From: Epiperipatus broadwayi
Taxonomy: Eukaryota > Animalia > Onychophora
Reading direction: 5' to 3'
Assembly (NCBI GenBank): GCA_028023455.1
Contig: JAQFVV010000006.1
Span: 6,386,001-6,450,000 of the forward strand
DNA length: 64,000 bases
Of the stretch, positions 12,546 through 26,504 are shown piece after piece. The notes beneath the pieces were generated by a model. The model was not told the DNA's origin. It saw only the letters and a list, made by a program, of their open reading frames with translations, and did no database searches. The stretch's first letter is position 1, and every line of letters begins with the position of its first letter. Position numbers and translations under genes: made by a program.

Positions 12546-15527
12546 ATAAATTTGGAACCCCAGAATCTGCCTCACAGGGCAAAATAGTTTATTACAAATA
12601 TTTACTAATTATAATTCAACACCCACCCCCCCAAAAAAAGTCAATAAAATACCTATCACAGAGGCTTAAAGCAATTTTTGATGCTCTAGGCAAGCCAAAT
12701 ATTTGGCACCCTGCTGTCACCTCATCCAAATGAGAGTTGACCGGCATCCCAATCCCTGAATGTATTGGTGCAATTATAGGAGAAGTAAACTATGGAGATC
12801 AAGGATCATGAATCACAGTCCAACCCCATCCTTTCATGTAATCACACCTCTTATGAATTTCTGAGTTCTAAATCATTTTTATTGGTGTCCAAATATATAA
12901 AATGGGTGGATTATTCCTATCCACTAATAAAATAAATTATTAACCAATTCAAAATGATTGTCAATATTGTCCCCACCCCAAATCAATCTGCACCTTAAAC
13001 ATGTTTTTGTCTACCACATCACTCTACCTTAACATATATAAAGAAATAGAGAATGCTTTGATAAGAATAACTTTAATGTTAAAAGAAAATATATTTCTGT
13101 TGTTTAACACTTGATAAATAACTTTTACAGCTGTTTACCAAATAAATATTCACATTAAACTGGTTATAAATATAGTTCATTCAAAACAGTGAATTCCATA
13201 AAGAAAATGCAGTTCTTGTTAAGTGCCACATTTTGAATTTATTGCTTTTGTATTATTTCTTGGTGTATTTGTCATTTCATTTTTTTTAAATTTTAAAATG
13301 CTATAAAACTTATTTTAAAATCTTTAACTGTAATTTACAAATAAAACTTTTCCATTTTTAATATGTTTAAATTTTATTTAATAAAACAAGTTTCCTTATA
13401 TATATATACACTTAAAAATTTATACCTAATAATAACTACAGAAAAATATAACATACATGGGTATATATAATTATAAGAGCTCTGTTGTAGAATGGTAGTT
13501 AGTCCATCTACAATGGCTATACTATTAAAAATCCAACCATCTTAATACTGGTTAGCTAATGGGTGTCTATCTATTCTTAGCTAGACTGAACAAATGAGTA
13601 CTGAGTTTTCCTTCATTGTTCCTAAGAATGAAAAGATTTTTTTTTTAACCACAACGAACTATTTAAAAACTCTATCCTCAAAAGATTGTTACATTATCAG
13701 GTTACATTAATCCATCTACTTATCTGATATTGATCAGAAAATGACATCAATATGTTCTTAGTTGCAAAGTAAAAATTTTGTTGATCATAAAAAAATAAAA
13801 AACTGTAATATGATTTAATATTGACGACTGACCAGAAAAGTGGTATGTACTTCTAAAATACAGTTTACTTTTATTTTTTTATATCTTATGGTGCAGAAAA
13901 AAACTTAGACTTATTTTTTTTACATATATAGATCGCATTATCCCGATATTCAATCACAGCTAATTGTGCAAACAATGCTTTACAAAAATGTAAGCTATTA
14001 TTTGATTTATAAACAATAATATCAACTATAGTAAAAATCTTTGATCATAATTAATAACTAACTAAATATGATTCAATATACATAATTTTCTGCCTTAAAT
14101 GATTCAATTATTTTTTTTCTTTCAGTAGCTTTAAGTAATTAAAATTATAAAATGATAAACCATGAAATCACTTTTAATACATTTATAATATTTATTGTTT
14201 TCAATGAAGCTTGCATTATATTATAATCATGTTTGTTTTTATTCACAATGAATAAAGACTAATCTGGTCAATCCAGATTATATAGAAATAAATGTTGTCA
14301 TTACAGTTATGCCCTCTAGTGTAAGCTTTAGTAACAAATAGATGTCAGATGGTAGTGCTTAATAAATTTCTATCTAGTGCTGACCTATCCAATATTTTAA
14401 AATTAGGTGTTTTTTTTTTTACTTATGGCTTTCATCAATAAAGAGTTTTTGAATCTAGTGGGTACCTATGGACTTTTTGCATTTAATGCACCTTTACTCT
14501 GACCGCCATTTTCAATTTCTGTTTTATTATCAATCTAGCAAACCAAATTGAAAAACATGTTTTTAGTTTAAACCAACTTCCTAGTATAGTCATATATATA
14601 TATATATCTGAAACCATTTATTAATTACTAAAACTTATTCTAAGTGGCAGAAGTGTGGCAAAAAGAATTTGCTACTGAACCAAGTGATATCAAGTGGTCT
14701 CTTATTCTTTTACACCCAGAATGTTCATTATCTGATTTTATTCTCTATGTGGCTAGATATACATTTATTCACCAATAGCAGATAACATCCAGAAAAAGTT
14801 TATCTGTGTTTAGAAAACTATCCATTAGCTGAAGTAATTTCTGTGTCCTTAGTTTAAATTCTAAATCACAGATATAACTTTAGGTCAAAGTATTAACCAA
14901 TGTAGAATGTGACCTTTTTACAAAACTAAATATTTAAAATTTTTAGTTAAAAAGAACACACCTTAACAATAGAGAAACATAATATGTAATGTCGTCTTTC
15001 ATTAGATAAAGTCAAAAGTTTCTGCATAAAAGGCATATATAATCAGACCAGTATGACTAGAGTTTCAAAAAAAGCTCTTTTTCACATTTATACTCTATGT
15101 TTTGTGGATATAAAAGACCTAACATCAGGAAGCACAAATATTGCCATGGGTTGCTCCACTATGGGTGCACCACTTCCTGAAACCCTGTTAGCAGGGTTAA
15201 ATATTCAGTCTCTCTGAAACTATTATATAGCACAGAATATTCAAATTATATTCCTCTCTACTGCCACCTTTAATCTACTTCAAATAAATTGTCTGGTACA
15301 TTTTTTTTTTCTCCTATATCATTTTAATAAAAGCTGTTTTGTTAGTAACAATATTCTATCTCCATTTCATAAAAACCTAAACATCTCTCACTTATTTGAA
15401 TTTATCTTCTCCTTACTATCTTAATATAACTTGCATTTGTAATCCAAATTCTTAACTATTTTGCCTTGTTTTCATGTTATCTAAATCTTTTGATCTGGCA
15501 CCAAATAACATTAAGCTACCTGTAATG

Positions 15528-15877
15528 CAGGGGTCCTTAAGTTTATTACTCAGACCCTTTTGCTAGTCATGTGAAAACTATGGACCCCTTCTCAGAATGT
15601 AATGGCAGAGTTTTATGACCTTATGATATAGCATCAAGTTTTATAACTATCCTAAATTCAATGTGCAGATGAGATAACCAATTTTTTTTTAGATATGCAA
15701 AATTGTAATGTAATATGAAAATATTTTTGCCTATATTCATAAATGGAGGAAATGCTCGATTTCAGTTGAAGACCAAAGAGAATATAAATAATAAGCTGAT
15801 TTGTTTTTTTTTGTTTTTTCAGATCAATGGCATGGATCCATTGACGATGTATGTGGATCCCTGGTTAAATATTTCTT
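15528..15877. mobile_element. Degenerate hAT/Charlie-type MITE
   Basis: Starts CAGGGGTCCTTAAG and ends GGATCCCTGGTTAAATATTTC, a degenerate CAGGGGTTCTTAACC-type TIR pair. No clean TSD. Confidence 0.45.
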
Positions 15878-15989
15878 TTCTAGTATTCCACAATAAATCA
15901 CATTTTAAAGTGACCTTTAAGTTTATTATGAAATAAGATTGTATATATTATTTAATATTTGATTCACATATCATAAATTGTAAGGGATT

Positions 15990-16110
15990 CCCTGACTGGT
16001 TTATTGCGGTGACGGTGTCAGCCTGTGAAATATGTTCTCCAATAGATTCATTTTCTAACACTTCCGGTTATCGAATTTCTTATGAACTCCGAGCAAGTCA
16101 TTCGATTATT
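15990..16110 (+). mobile_element. SINE family 1
   Basis: Degenerate tRNA-like head followed by TTCCGGTTATCGAATTTCTTATGAACTCCGAGCAAG, matching 32218-32345. Confidence 0.6.
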
Positions 16111-16450
16111 ATAATTATAACTGATATCGTAATAAACAATATTTTAATAAACATGATAGGTCATATTTAAGAAAGACTCAATATCATATATGTCACAGAA
16201 TATAAATGTTAATTATAATTTAATTTACAGTTTTAAGTGCTATAAAAAATAACGTTTACAGAATTCGAATTTCTTACGAACTAGCAAGTCATTCGATTAT
16301 TATAATTATAACTAATAACGTAATAAACATAATGATAGATAATATGTAAGGGGTCAATATCATATATGTCACAGAATATAAATGTTAATTATAATTCAAT
16401 TTGCAGTTTTAAGTACTATAAAAAAAATTAACGTTTACAGAATTAAATTT
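16072..16450. repeat. Tandem duplication, ~190-bp unit starting in the SINE tail
   Basis: CGAATTTCTTA(T/C)GAAC...AACGTTTACAGAATT occurs twice. Confidence 0.8.
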
Positions 16451-17593
16451 CTTGTTAGCAAAAATTCTTTTGGTACCATTCTCGATGAGTATTATTGATA
16501 GATTCTTTATTATAGTAAAAAGAAATGCGATTTTTTTTTTTTTTCAGTGGTCATTAATACTACTATATCAGTTGTAGAAAAATGCTTACTTTCCAAACTT
16601 TTGAAAACAGGTTAGGATGTACTTCCTCAGTAAATGATATTTTGCTTAGCACAGATTTATAAACAGCCCGCTAAAAGCAAATCTTTAGTTTCTTATATAG
16701 TTCCAACTTCTACAAACTAAAAAAATCTTATTGAAAGATGTAAATAATAAAACCAATATAATATACATACGGCATAAAATATAAAAATTGTCATTATTTA
16801 GTTAACTATGGGTTGTTGTTTTTTTTTTTAAATAATTAATAACAAAGCACCATTGGCTTCATTAACTCCTTCAATTCTATCATTATAATTATCGTTTTGT
16901 AATTTATGGTTTGTATGTGTACCCATCTATGTATATATGAATAATTTCATTTATGAATCAGATGAGTACCTTTTGAGATTCCACTAATATCTAGGAATAT
17001 CAAAGTCAGATGATTTCACTGTTAAAGTAAATTTGTTTAGAAGGTTGCAAAATTCTATTTTTAATGCTATAATTTTTCAGTTACATATTGGGAAGATATA
17101 ATAGAAAATAAAGTACAGTATTGAACTAAAAGTAGATATGTTGTTGAAGTATTTTAAAAAGGTTATCTGTAGATGTTATAAGACAGCATCACAAAATTCT
17201 AAATAAAAATAGATCTGCAGGTTCTATATATGAATATCTTTTCATAGATTAGTTTGTCTAGTCATTATAAGTAAGATATTGTATTGTAGAAATCCAGAAA
17301 GATTTTTTTGGAATAAAGAGGCATCATAAAATCTCGAACAAAAAATTATACCTGCATTTTCTATGTATACTGGGTTTAACGGATTGGTTTATATAGTCAT
17401 CACAAAAATTATGCCCAGAGCAGTTTTTTTTTCTTTTGGAGTTAGAATGACCATATTTGTTTTATGAGTGGCTATTGTGATGTAATATAATAAAGATTCT
17501 TGGTTAAATATTCAGAGACAATCTTGATTTGTGATAAATCTTAAGTGGCAAAACTATACTTTGAATTACTCACAAGTCCAATCTACTTAACAG

Positions 17594-18149
17594 CATTTTG
17601 TTTTTAGTGAAACAATTTCTTTTCTAATATCTACTTAATGAATATGCAAAATAGTTAGTCATATTAATAGAATATACTAGAACATACCTAGTTGAGTATT
17701 CATTTTAATATGGAGTGATTTTTCTACTAATAGGGAAAGTATTCACTAATAGAATATTCACACCCTAAGGAAACTGTCTTTAAGTACTTGCATCACAAGA
17801 ATCAGTGAGTTTTCTAAGAAGGATATTTTTAGAAATTATTTTAAATCTAACTTTTGATAAATGAAGAAAATCATTTTGTTTTTAGTGAAGCAATTTCTCT
17901 TCTAATATCTACACAATGAAAATTCAAAATAGTCATCTCAATAGAGTATACTTGAGAATACTAGTAATATTTGATTGAGTATCCACAACTCTAATATGGA
18001 GCAATTTTCCTACTGATAGAGGAACAGTATTCACTAACAGAATAAGGAAACTGTCTTTAAGTATTTGCATCACAAGAATCACCCAGTTTTCTAAGGAGGT
18101 TATTTCTAGAAATTATTTTAAGTCTAACTTAAAATAAATGAGGAAAATA
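17594..18149. repeat. Tandem duplication, 278-bp period
   Basis: CATTTTGTTTTTAGTGAA starts at 17594 and 17872; the units are colinear. Confidence 0.85.
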
Positions 18150-18694
18150 AGTTGGGTATTAAAATAAAATAAAAATCTAAGAAATTAAAAATATTAATTA
18201 TCTGAAGAGTTTCTTGGGAGATTATGCATCATCTTTAAGTTGAGCATAATAATTTCAAATAATCAAACATTTTACTAACCTACCTAGATTTAGACAAAAA
18301 TAAACTATGAACTAGAGTTAGTGACTGTCAAATTTATGACTAGTGTCAGAATTAATGAGTGTTTTTGTAAGCTTAGCAGTGACACCACTCGGATTTTTGA
18401 CATTTTAGGCCTTATGATTGCTATATTTTCTATTGAGGAAAATAAGTTGGGTATTAAAATAAAGTAAAATCTAAGAAATTAAAAATATTAATTATCTGAA
18501 GAGTTTCTTGGGAGATCATGCATCATCTTTAGGTTAAGCATAATAATTTCAAATAATCAAACATTTTACTGACCTACCTAGATCTAGACAAAAATAAGCT
18601 ATGAACTAGAGTTAGTGACTGTCAAATTTATGACTAGTGTCAGAATTAATGAGATTTTTGACATTTTAGGCTTTATGATTGCTATATTTTCTAT
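18140..18694. repeat. Tandem duplication, 295-bp period
   Basis: GAGGAAAATAAGTTGGGTATTAAAATAAA starts at 18140 and 18435; the units are nearly identical. Confidence 0.9.
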
Positions 18695-19303
18695 GTTGTT
18701 TAAGCCTATCTATGATCTTATTTATAATTTTGCAGCTTCCTTTTTCTCTGCTGCTATAATTTTAACATTTAAAAAACCCTGAAAATGTCAGCATTATATG
18801 AAGCTTTTTGCATGATTTGAGTTTCCCTATTTTTTATGATAAAGCTATGAAGATAGCTAGTTTTTGCTTGGCAGTGTTTTAGTCTGAGCCAAAATACTAA
18901 CTATTGTAGATTTGTAAAAAAAAAAAAAAAGTAATTAGTTTACAAATTAAAGGTTATGATGCAATCTTTTTGTAAGATTTATTTTTAAAAAGTCAACTCT
19001 TAGAAAGTTCATTATGGCAATTGGAAGCAGTATCTATTGGATAAAAAGAAATAGTTTTTGCCTAAATGGTAAGTAGAATATTTTTTTACATTTTAATAAA
19101 TAATTTATTAATTTTTAGAAATTTTTTTTTGATGATAACTAATCCTATATATATATTATTTTTTAACATAAAATTCAAATATTTCATATTTTGTCATTCT
19201 AACTTTTTGAATAAGTAAATAACATCCAATAGCAGTGTGCTCCATTGTTATAGTTAAGAACTTTGTTTAGATATTTATTTTTATATTTAAAATAATAATT
19301 GCA

Positions 19304-19341
19304 TCTCACTGATGATGCCAGTAGCAGAAACCAGTCTGGGG
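19304..19341 (+). ncRNA. Orphan minimal type I hammerhead, family A-related
   Basis: TCTCA-CTGATGA-TGC/CAGTA/GCA-GAAA-CCAG-TC-TGGGG. Core and GUC intact; stem III is ACCAGT rather than palindromic ACTAGT. Confidence 0.75.
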
Positions 19342-19747
19342 TTGGGGATATTCTCAAAGCTTGTTAAGATCTTATTTTGCAAGCTCTATATATAGCATTT
19401 GTAAATACAAGTTTTATTAAATTAAGTCATGTGACATCTGACTTGGATTTTTTTATCAATTTGTATTTTTATATTGGACTACATTTGTTGCAGGTGTAAA
19501 TGACTTGCAATAAATTCATTTTCATATACAAGTTCTTTTGCTGCAGAAAAATATAATTCTTTTGTTTGCTTAGTACTTCCATCACTGCAAGATTTAAGAT
19601 ATTTTATCATATAAGATTGTTATTCAGAATATATTATATACAATTTTCTTCTTCCTCCTTTCTTTATGTATTGATTTTGATATTTACATATCATATTATT
19701 TCCAACCTTCTTATACACTTAATACTATTTTTTACAACAAAACTTTA

Positions 19748-19787
19748 CTCTTACAGCTTCGACTGTCCTGTAGTTATCTTCAGAGCT
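19748..19787 (-). ncRNA. Degenerate family D hammerhead remnant
   Basis: Minus strand AGCT-CTGAAGA-TAACTACAGGACAGTC-GAAG-CTGTA-AGAG, homologous to 11276-11314. Confidence 0.5.
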
Positions 19788-22652
19788 ACAATATCCAAAT
19801 ATATAATCATACAATTAATTGTATGGTTATATATTTGGATATACTTTCCATTATGCTATATTTTGATGTAATAAATGTCATAACCAATATTTTTATAGCT
19901 GCATCTAAGATGTATATGGAAGCAAAATATTAAATATCAACACACACTATATTTAATGGGGAACTAGTTTTCCTTTTTTTGTGCAATGCTTATGAGAGGA
20001 AAATAGGTACATCTTTCTTTTGTTCCTTAACACAAAGATAACTTGATTTCCTTAAAAATTGACTAAGAATTCAATAATACAAAAAGATTTTTTTATTGCA
20101 TCATATTAAATTTTATTAATTATAAAATTGTCAATTACAGAATATCCACTGCTTCACATAATATCATAAGTATGTTAATAATCCTTAACATTTGTTTCCA
20201 AGCTAAGATTGGAGTATCAAAAGTTGTATATAATGGCTAACAATATTACTATACGCATTTTGTCACATACAAATATTTATGCATATGTGTTTGAAATGTC
20301 TATAACCCATATGTCTGTGTATATGTTATATATGAGCTGTGAACAAAATTTGATACCTATACAAATATTTATATATATGAGTTTGAAATGCCTATAACAT
20401 ACATATGTCTGTGTATATATATGAGCTGTGAACAAAAAATAAATGAAACTTTATTAATTTTTTATTCACTATTTGGTTGAATTGCAGACAAATGAAACCA
20501 TGGGTACAGAAATCACAAAATTTAATTGACCTTAATTTACATCTTCGGATTCCAGCTACTGCTTTGAAAATGAAGGCTCTGACCTTCGAAAGCACTCATT
20601 ATTATAGAATTATCATTTGTAGATATGGTAATTGCTTATTAGTGTTTGTAAATATAGAAACAGTATTTATTTATCTTATCGTGTATGTGTGCATATATTA
20701 ACACATAATGTAGAATTTTACATATATATAAACTAACACACGGTTGTATGTTACTTATTATTTAAATAACAATAAACATACACTTTATAAAAATATATGA
20801 CCTTTCCAAGAAGACATACTTTAATACATCATAATATTGAAGATTTATATATATTTTTTCAATTTATATTTAAATTGGATTACACAAAATATTATGGGTT
20901 GGGCAGCTTAGTAAATTGGAACAAATTAAATGACTAAATAATTTCAAATATGCAATATTTATCATATCTTTGAGAACATTTTTTACACAGAATTCACAGT
21001 ATATCAAATATATAGTAAAGATATTCAATAAATAAATAAACTCAACAATACAGATTTTATATCTGTATGTGCAAGCGCTTCTTAACATTGTAAAGGTATT
21101 CATTCTAAAATTAATAGCAGCAAAAATAGACCTAGTTTAAAATGAATGATTCATTAGTCTCGTCATTTGATTATGAGATTAACATTTGATCTACTTCTTT
21201 ATAAGGAAAAAAACATTTTAAGCTTCAACATAACTGACAAGTTTCAAAAAGTATAATATTTTTTAAAGATAATTTGTTTCAAATCCACAATTTTTTGGCC
21301 CAAATCTATGCTTAAAGTCAAAAGTCAAGGCAACATTCAAATTGCTGACATTCTATTTGTTTAAACATGTTGGCTAGGATCAGTGTCAAGGCAACATTCC
21401 AATTGCTAGTATTCTATTGGTTTATTTAAAGCATTACTAGGGTCATGTGATTCACTTAAGTACTAATTAGCTATGTGCCTTTATTGCTTACAATTAACAT
21501 GCAGAGTAAAATATCTATTTTTCAAAACTGGACAAAAATCTGATAAAAATTAATTATAATATAGAGGTCACTGTATACGCATAGCAATAATAGTAAAAAT
21601 GCTTTAATGTCTTCGAAAAATAAACAGTACAGAAAGATTTTTCATAAATTTAGCCCAATTCAGACCAAATAGTCCTGTAACATATAAAAGATAAAACAGA
21701 CTCTCTATATATCCCACTATGTGGTAAAAATCTTCCAACAACATTTCATTAAGCCCAAACTTAATAAAGATGGTATTGGAATAAAAATCTACAACCATTT
21801 TATTTACTCTATTTTACAAATTTTTCTAGACAATTTCCAAATATAATTTGCTAAGCTTTCATTCTTTGTGGTTTGGACTCAAACCCTGATCAGGCATTCT
21901 TAAAAATTATTCCAGATTCTGATCAAGCTGAGTGTTTTTCTTTTAGTTGGTGACTCACAAGCAACTCAGTATTGCTTAGGAAATGGGAATCTATGTATTA
22001 TAGATTAAAATAAAGATGAAAAACTATCCAAATTCTTACCAATCAAATCCGGTTATGCTTTCTTCTCCATGGTTCTGCTGAGGGATTGAAGAAGAGATTT
22101 GCCTCAAAATGTTTTATTTAACCTTTGTAGGACCTTATATTTTGTAATTAACTCTGATCTTATATATATAATTTTACAATGACTGCCACAAAACAAATTA
22201 AATAATAAAAAAAATAGAACTTTAAAAAAAATAAAGATTATAAATTCTTTAATTAGAGTTAATTAGTGAAGTTTAAATATCACTTTTTCAAAGGATTTCC
22301 TATGATTAAGATATATGAACTGACTTGATAAAAAACAAAGCAGAAAATGTCATCAGTTTTTGTTAGTGAACTTTAAAACATAAATGCAATATTTCTTTTT
22401 TTTTAATTTCTTTGTTAAAGTATCTTTGTAAAATATAAAAGCCATTTTATAACAACTATATAGTATTTCTATTTTGTAACTATATATACAGAGCGCTTTT
22501 TTCTAGAAATAATTTAAAATGCAATATTTATAAAACTCCAGAACCTAACTATTCAATTTTCTTTCCAAATATAATCCGTTATTTTTTTAAAAAATTGGTA
22601 TGCTTATTAGTCGTTCCGTTTCACTAAATTCAAGTATTTCATGATTTACTAA

Positions 22653-23090
22653 TAACTGAAACACAGGCTTGTTATATACCTGTGGCTATATATATGTAAT
22701 ATAGGGTATATGAGCACAGACTTTCACACCACCCACCTCTCTCCACTCTATCTAATAACACTGATATACCTAAACACATATATGCTGAAAAGATAAATAA
22801 TCACCAATATACGTATTTCATGCTAAACCAGCAATCATCAGTTGGTCCAGACTATCATCTTTACACACATATATAGTATAAGTGCTCAGATATATATTAA
22901 GATAGACTATCCTCATAGTTTAATGGACAGGCTTCAATCCACTCCACACTCCAACTCTTCAACCGTCCATCCAATTGAAAATCTGATGATGGAATGCTCA
23001 AAGGTTATCCTGAGGCCGAGATTATTGTCACACCCATGTTGACCTAAGGTCAATCTGAACCCCACATATACAGGACATAATCCATTTAAT
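22653..23090 (-). mobile_element. Family B HHR-bearing element, nearly one monomer
   Basis: Reverse complement of the 466-bp unit at 44649-45380, with the same 3' end (GT(G/A)TTTCAGT). Confidence 0.85.
22803..22846 (-). ncRNA. Type I hammerhead ribozyme, family B, fully intact
   Basis: Minus strand ACCAA-CTGATGA-T-TGCT/GGTTT/AGCA-T-GAAA-TACGTA-TA-TTGGT. Stem III palindrome ATACGTAT, AUA triplet, stem I extended by ATAGTC/GATTAT around a TGG bulge. Confidence 0.9.
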
Positions 23091-23321
23091 ACTAATGTTC
23101 TGATTATCTTTAAATTCGACATTCTCAAGGTACCATCAATATATAAAAATGGAAACATGAAACCAATGAAAATTGTATATTATCATTTTTAACAATTATC
23201 AATCCACAATGAAATATCAACCTATTTAAAAATGAAAAAAAAAATTGTCAACAGTTATGTGGTGGTATCCACATCTACACAGACATTTGCCAGATCTTAA
23301 AACACATCATGTGATACTCAA

Positions 23322-23420
23322 CATGGTTTGGCATAGTCAGTAAAGCATCAGGCTTAAAATTGGGAGATCTCTGGATTGATTCTGGCTCTCGCATTTCTTA
23401 TGAACTCCAGAGCAATAATG
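23322..23420 (+). mobile_element. SINE family 1
   Basis: TGGCATAGTCAG (A-box-like), GGATTGATTCT (B-box-like), TTCTTATGAACTCCAGAGCAATAA tail. Confidence 0.7.
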
Positions 23421-25758
23421 CCATATGGCTTTTTATATATTACAAGGTTGTGCGTGCTTATCATCATCTTAGTATTTAGATAAAGTCACTTATAACAATA
23501 TTTTATGTACTTTAATTTCGATATATTTTCATGTGAGAAGAATACGATACTGGAATATAGTATCTAACAGATTTAAATTTTAGTCATAAGATATTACTTT
23601 TCTTCATAAAATATATTTTGAATGTTTTTCATGGTTGGTCTTTGTGAAATTATCACAGAATCCTGGCCGCTTAAAAATATGTAGAATGAATGCACATATC
23701 ATTCATCAACATTACAATTAAGTTAAAACAATGGTTAGATTTTAAAATAATTAGCCAAAGATGGAGCTACAATCAATGGCAAAGGAGATATGAAGCATCT
23801 AAATCTGGTGATCTGAAGATCTAATGGCACCACTTGGCATAATTGAACAATAGGAAGAGCAAAAAAATCCAACGGGCAAGTGTATGCAAATAGAAACAAA
23901 AAGTTCCTACTACTCTGGGGTGACTGAAATACCACAAACCAGTCTTTTGATAATATTAAATTATCCTAAAATTGTGTAACTAAGGACTGACAATAGTTTC
24001 ATTTTTTAAAAATCATAAATTTACATTTTTTAAAATTTCTCTTGACACTGAACTAATAGTTTATTGGAAATGGTAATTTTAGTGAACGCTATCTAATTTA
24101 TTTCTCAGCAGTATATATATAAGCATGTCATTTTTATAGAGCAAAATGGTTGGATAAAATAATATTTATTTGAGTACTTATATATAATCACTTTGCCAAA
24201 AACTTGACAGACATATTTTGTTTAATTATCCATTTTCAGGGACGTCAACGTATTTTTTTTTCATCAAAATTATTTTATCGAACATGATACTTGTTAAGTT
24301 TAAAAAATATTAAGAAATCAAATATAAATTCATATTATGTTTAAAAAGAAATATTTTTTAATAAACGTCATTCATGACATTTAATTTGTTTATGTATATT
24401 ATAACGTACAAACCATTAACACAGTGTGAACATTATCGTAACTTTTTCATTTCCTGTAGTACTTTTATTCAAGCTGATGGTCAAATTATTTTTCCTAATT
24501 TTTTGCAAAAGTGATTAAAATTTGGAATCTCCAGTGACAGAAGCTATAGATTATTTTCACAATTATGGGATAATGCTAGTGCCCATACAAAAAGTGTGTT
24601 AATGTGAACAGAGACACAATGGTGATGTAATCTCAAAACATGGTAGAAGTGAATATTCTTTCATCATGTTTTTTTATTTTATTAGTTCTATTAAATTTTA
24701 CTTAATTACAATCATTTGAAGTTTTGTGTAATTTCTTGTCTTTTTATAATCATCTTTAAAAAATAAATTCAATTAAGTATTTAATACAATATTCATCTTT
24801 TTAAAAAAACAGCCATATTGTTAAAAAAAAATTATGCCCCTGAAAATGTACTATTAATAAAAATATGCCTGGCGAGCTTTCAGCAAAGGGATAATGGGAA
24901 TATATATAAGTACCTTTACTTGTTTCTTTACTATTTTTTTAATTTAAATTTATCTTCATTAAAAACAAATCCATTAAACAACTTTCTAGATATTCTCTTT
25001 CCATTTATGTTATTGAAAATAAAATCTCTTTTTTAATATAAAAGGCTTCCTTAATCATTCTAATTTCAATGAAAATGTTTAAATTTCTTTAAATAATCAA
25101 AAACATTGTAATTTTTATATTTTAAATTCTAGTTATTTTCTTCTTAGTGGCTCAAGCACAATTTACATTCCCATTGTTATCTCTACAATCTAAACATCAA
25201 ATTTTATAAATTGTCTTCATATTATCTAAACTGTTTATTGTTTCCCTCATTTAAAATATTTTAATTAATTTTCAACTTATTCATTAGATTAAAATTTATT
25301 ACTGGTTTATACTTTTAATTAATATACATTTTTAAAGAAACTTTTATAAATGTTTGTTTTATTCACTTTAAAACTCATTCTTTTGTTTATTTTTATTGAA
25401 GAATTTTAAATTCATTTATATTTTTATTTCTGAATAGGAATGTAAATGTTTATTTATTCCTTATTATAGTCATTGTATTCTGTTTCATTTTTTATATTAT
25501 TAAATTCGTGTTGTAGTATTATTTCATAATACATTATTATTATTTAGAGGGAGAAAGCATATTATGAATTTTTAGAAATATTGAAAATATATATAGCTTT
25601 GTATTTTGGAAAATGTTTAACAAATGTATTTTACCATTAAACATCACATGATCACCATCTCTTTCATTCTTGTAGTTTTGTAGTTGAGATAAAAGGTGGC
25701 TGCTGGATGGTTGCATTAGATCCTAAGATCTAGGTGGAGTGCTCTTAGATCCATGGCT

Positions 25759-25797
25759 CCTCACTGATGAAGACCATATCCAGAAACTAGTCTAGAA
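25759..25797 (+). ncRNA. Family A hammerhead (core intact, stems I and II decayed)
   Basis: CCTCA-CTGATGA-AGACCATATCCA-GAAA-CTAG-TC-TAGAA. Confidence 0.65.
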
Positions 25798-26208
25798 ATA
25801 TTGGATGGGTAGGCACTAGATAGGGATTTTATGCACAAGCCTTCTGGCATCCATTGATTACTCTGGTTAGCACAGGGTGGCACTACTGTATAGAGTTTTG
25901 CCTTGTTTAATAACAATTATGTGCTAGTATGAGATGGTGATCATGTGATGTTTAATGGTTTAACACCAATACTGCCTAGTAGAATAGTGGTGTCTATGGT
26001 TGTTAAAGAGCCAGACATCAAAATGTATGGGTGCTGAACTGAGTTCAGACCTATATGACTATATAAACTATTGAGCTTAGATTGAAAATATTATTGTGTT
26101 TTCAATTTCATTCGCATAAATTTTGTAGTTAAGTAGAGATAAAAGGTAGCTGATGGAGGGTTGCATTAGATCCTAAGATCTAGGTGCAGTGCTCTCAGAT
26201 CCAAGGCT

Positions 26209-26248
26209 CCTCACTGATGAAGGCCACAAGCCAAAAACTAGTCTGGGG
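26209..26248 (+). ncRNA. Family A hammerhead with G12A
   Basis: CCTCA-CTGATGA-A-GGC/CACAA/GCC-A-AAAA-CTAG-TC-TGGGG. Confidence 0.7.
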
Positions 26249-26504
26249 ATATTTGATGAATAGGCACTAAAGAGAAATTTTATGCACAAGCCTTCTGGCA
26301 TACATTGATTACTCTGGTTGGCATAGGGTGGCACCACTGTATGGAGAGTTTTGCCTTATTTTACCATTACTTACTTAAGAATCTGAAACATTTGACACTT
26401 AATAATAAAAAGCAATAGTACCAACTGTAGATTACTTAATAATTTTGATTAAAGAAGATATAGGGGAGAGAACAAACAGACATCATTGATATCTTTGAAA
26501 GTAT

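Larger units (their letters stand above)
25634..26365 (+). mobile_element. Family A tandem ~1.6-mer (450-bp monomer) with two HHRs and a 28-bp inverted cap
   Basis: CTGATGA at 25764 and 26214. 25634-25661 is a perfect reverse complement of 25931-25958. Confidence 0.9.

Noticed and set aside
16548-16610. Possible 63-nt plus-strand exon (poly-T CAG acceptor, AG|GTTAGG donor)
   Set aside because: Only one frame is open, the peptide is unrecognisable, and no partner exons were found. Such signals are common by chance in T-rich DNA.
18202-18235. CTGAAGA in the 295-bp duplication (also 18496) as an HHR
   Set aside because: A wobble-rich stem II is possible, but no GAAA follows and there is no stem I.
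22983-23010. Opposite-polarity HHR inside family B (CTGATGA)
   Set aside because: No stem II or GAAA, and the homologous position at ~28014 reads CTGATGG.
25634-25958. Family A as a MITE with 28-bp TIRs
   Set aside because: The inverted piece varies from 12 bp to hundreds of bp among copies, the element continues past the apparent TIR, and there is no TA, TAA or 8-bp TSD pattern.
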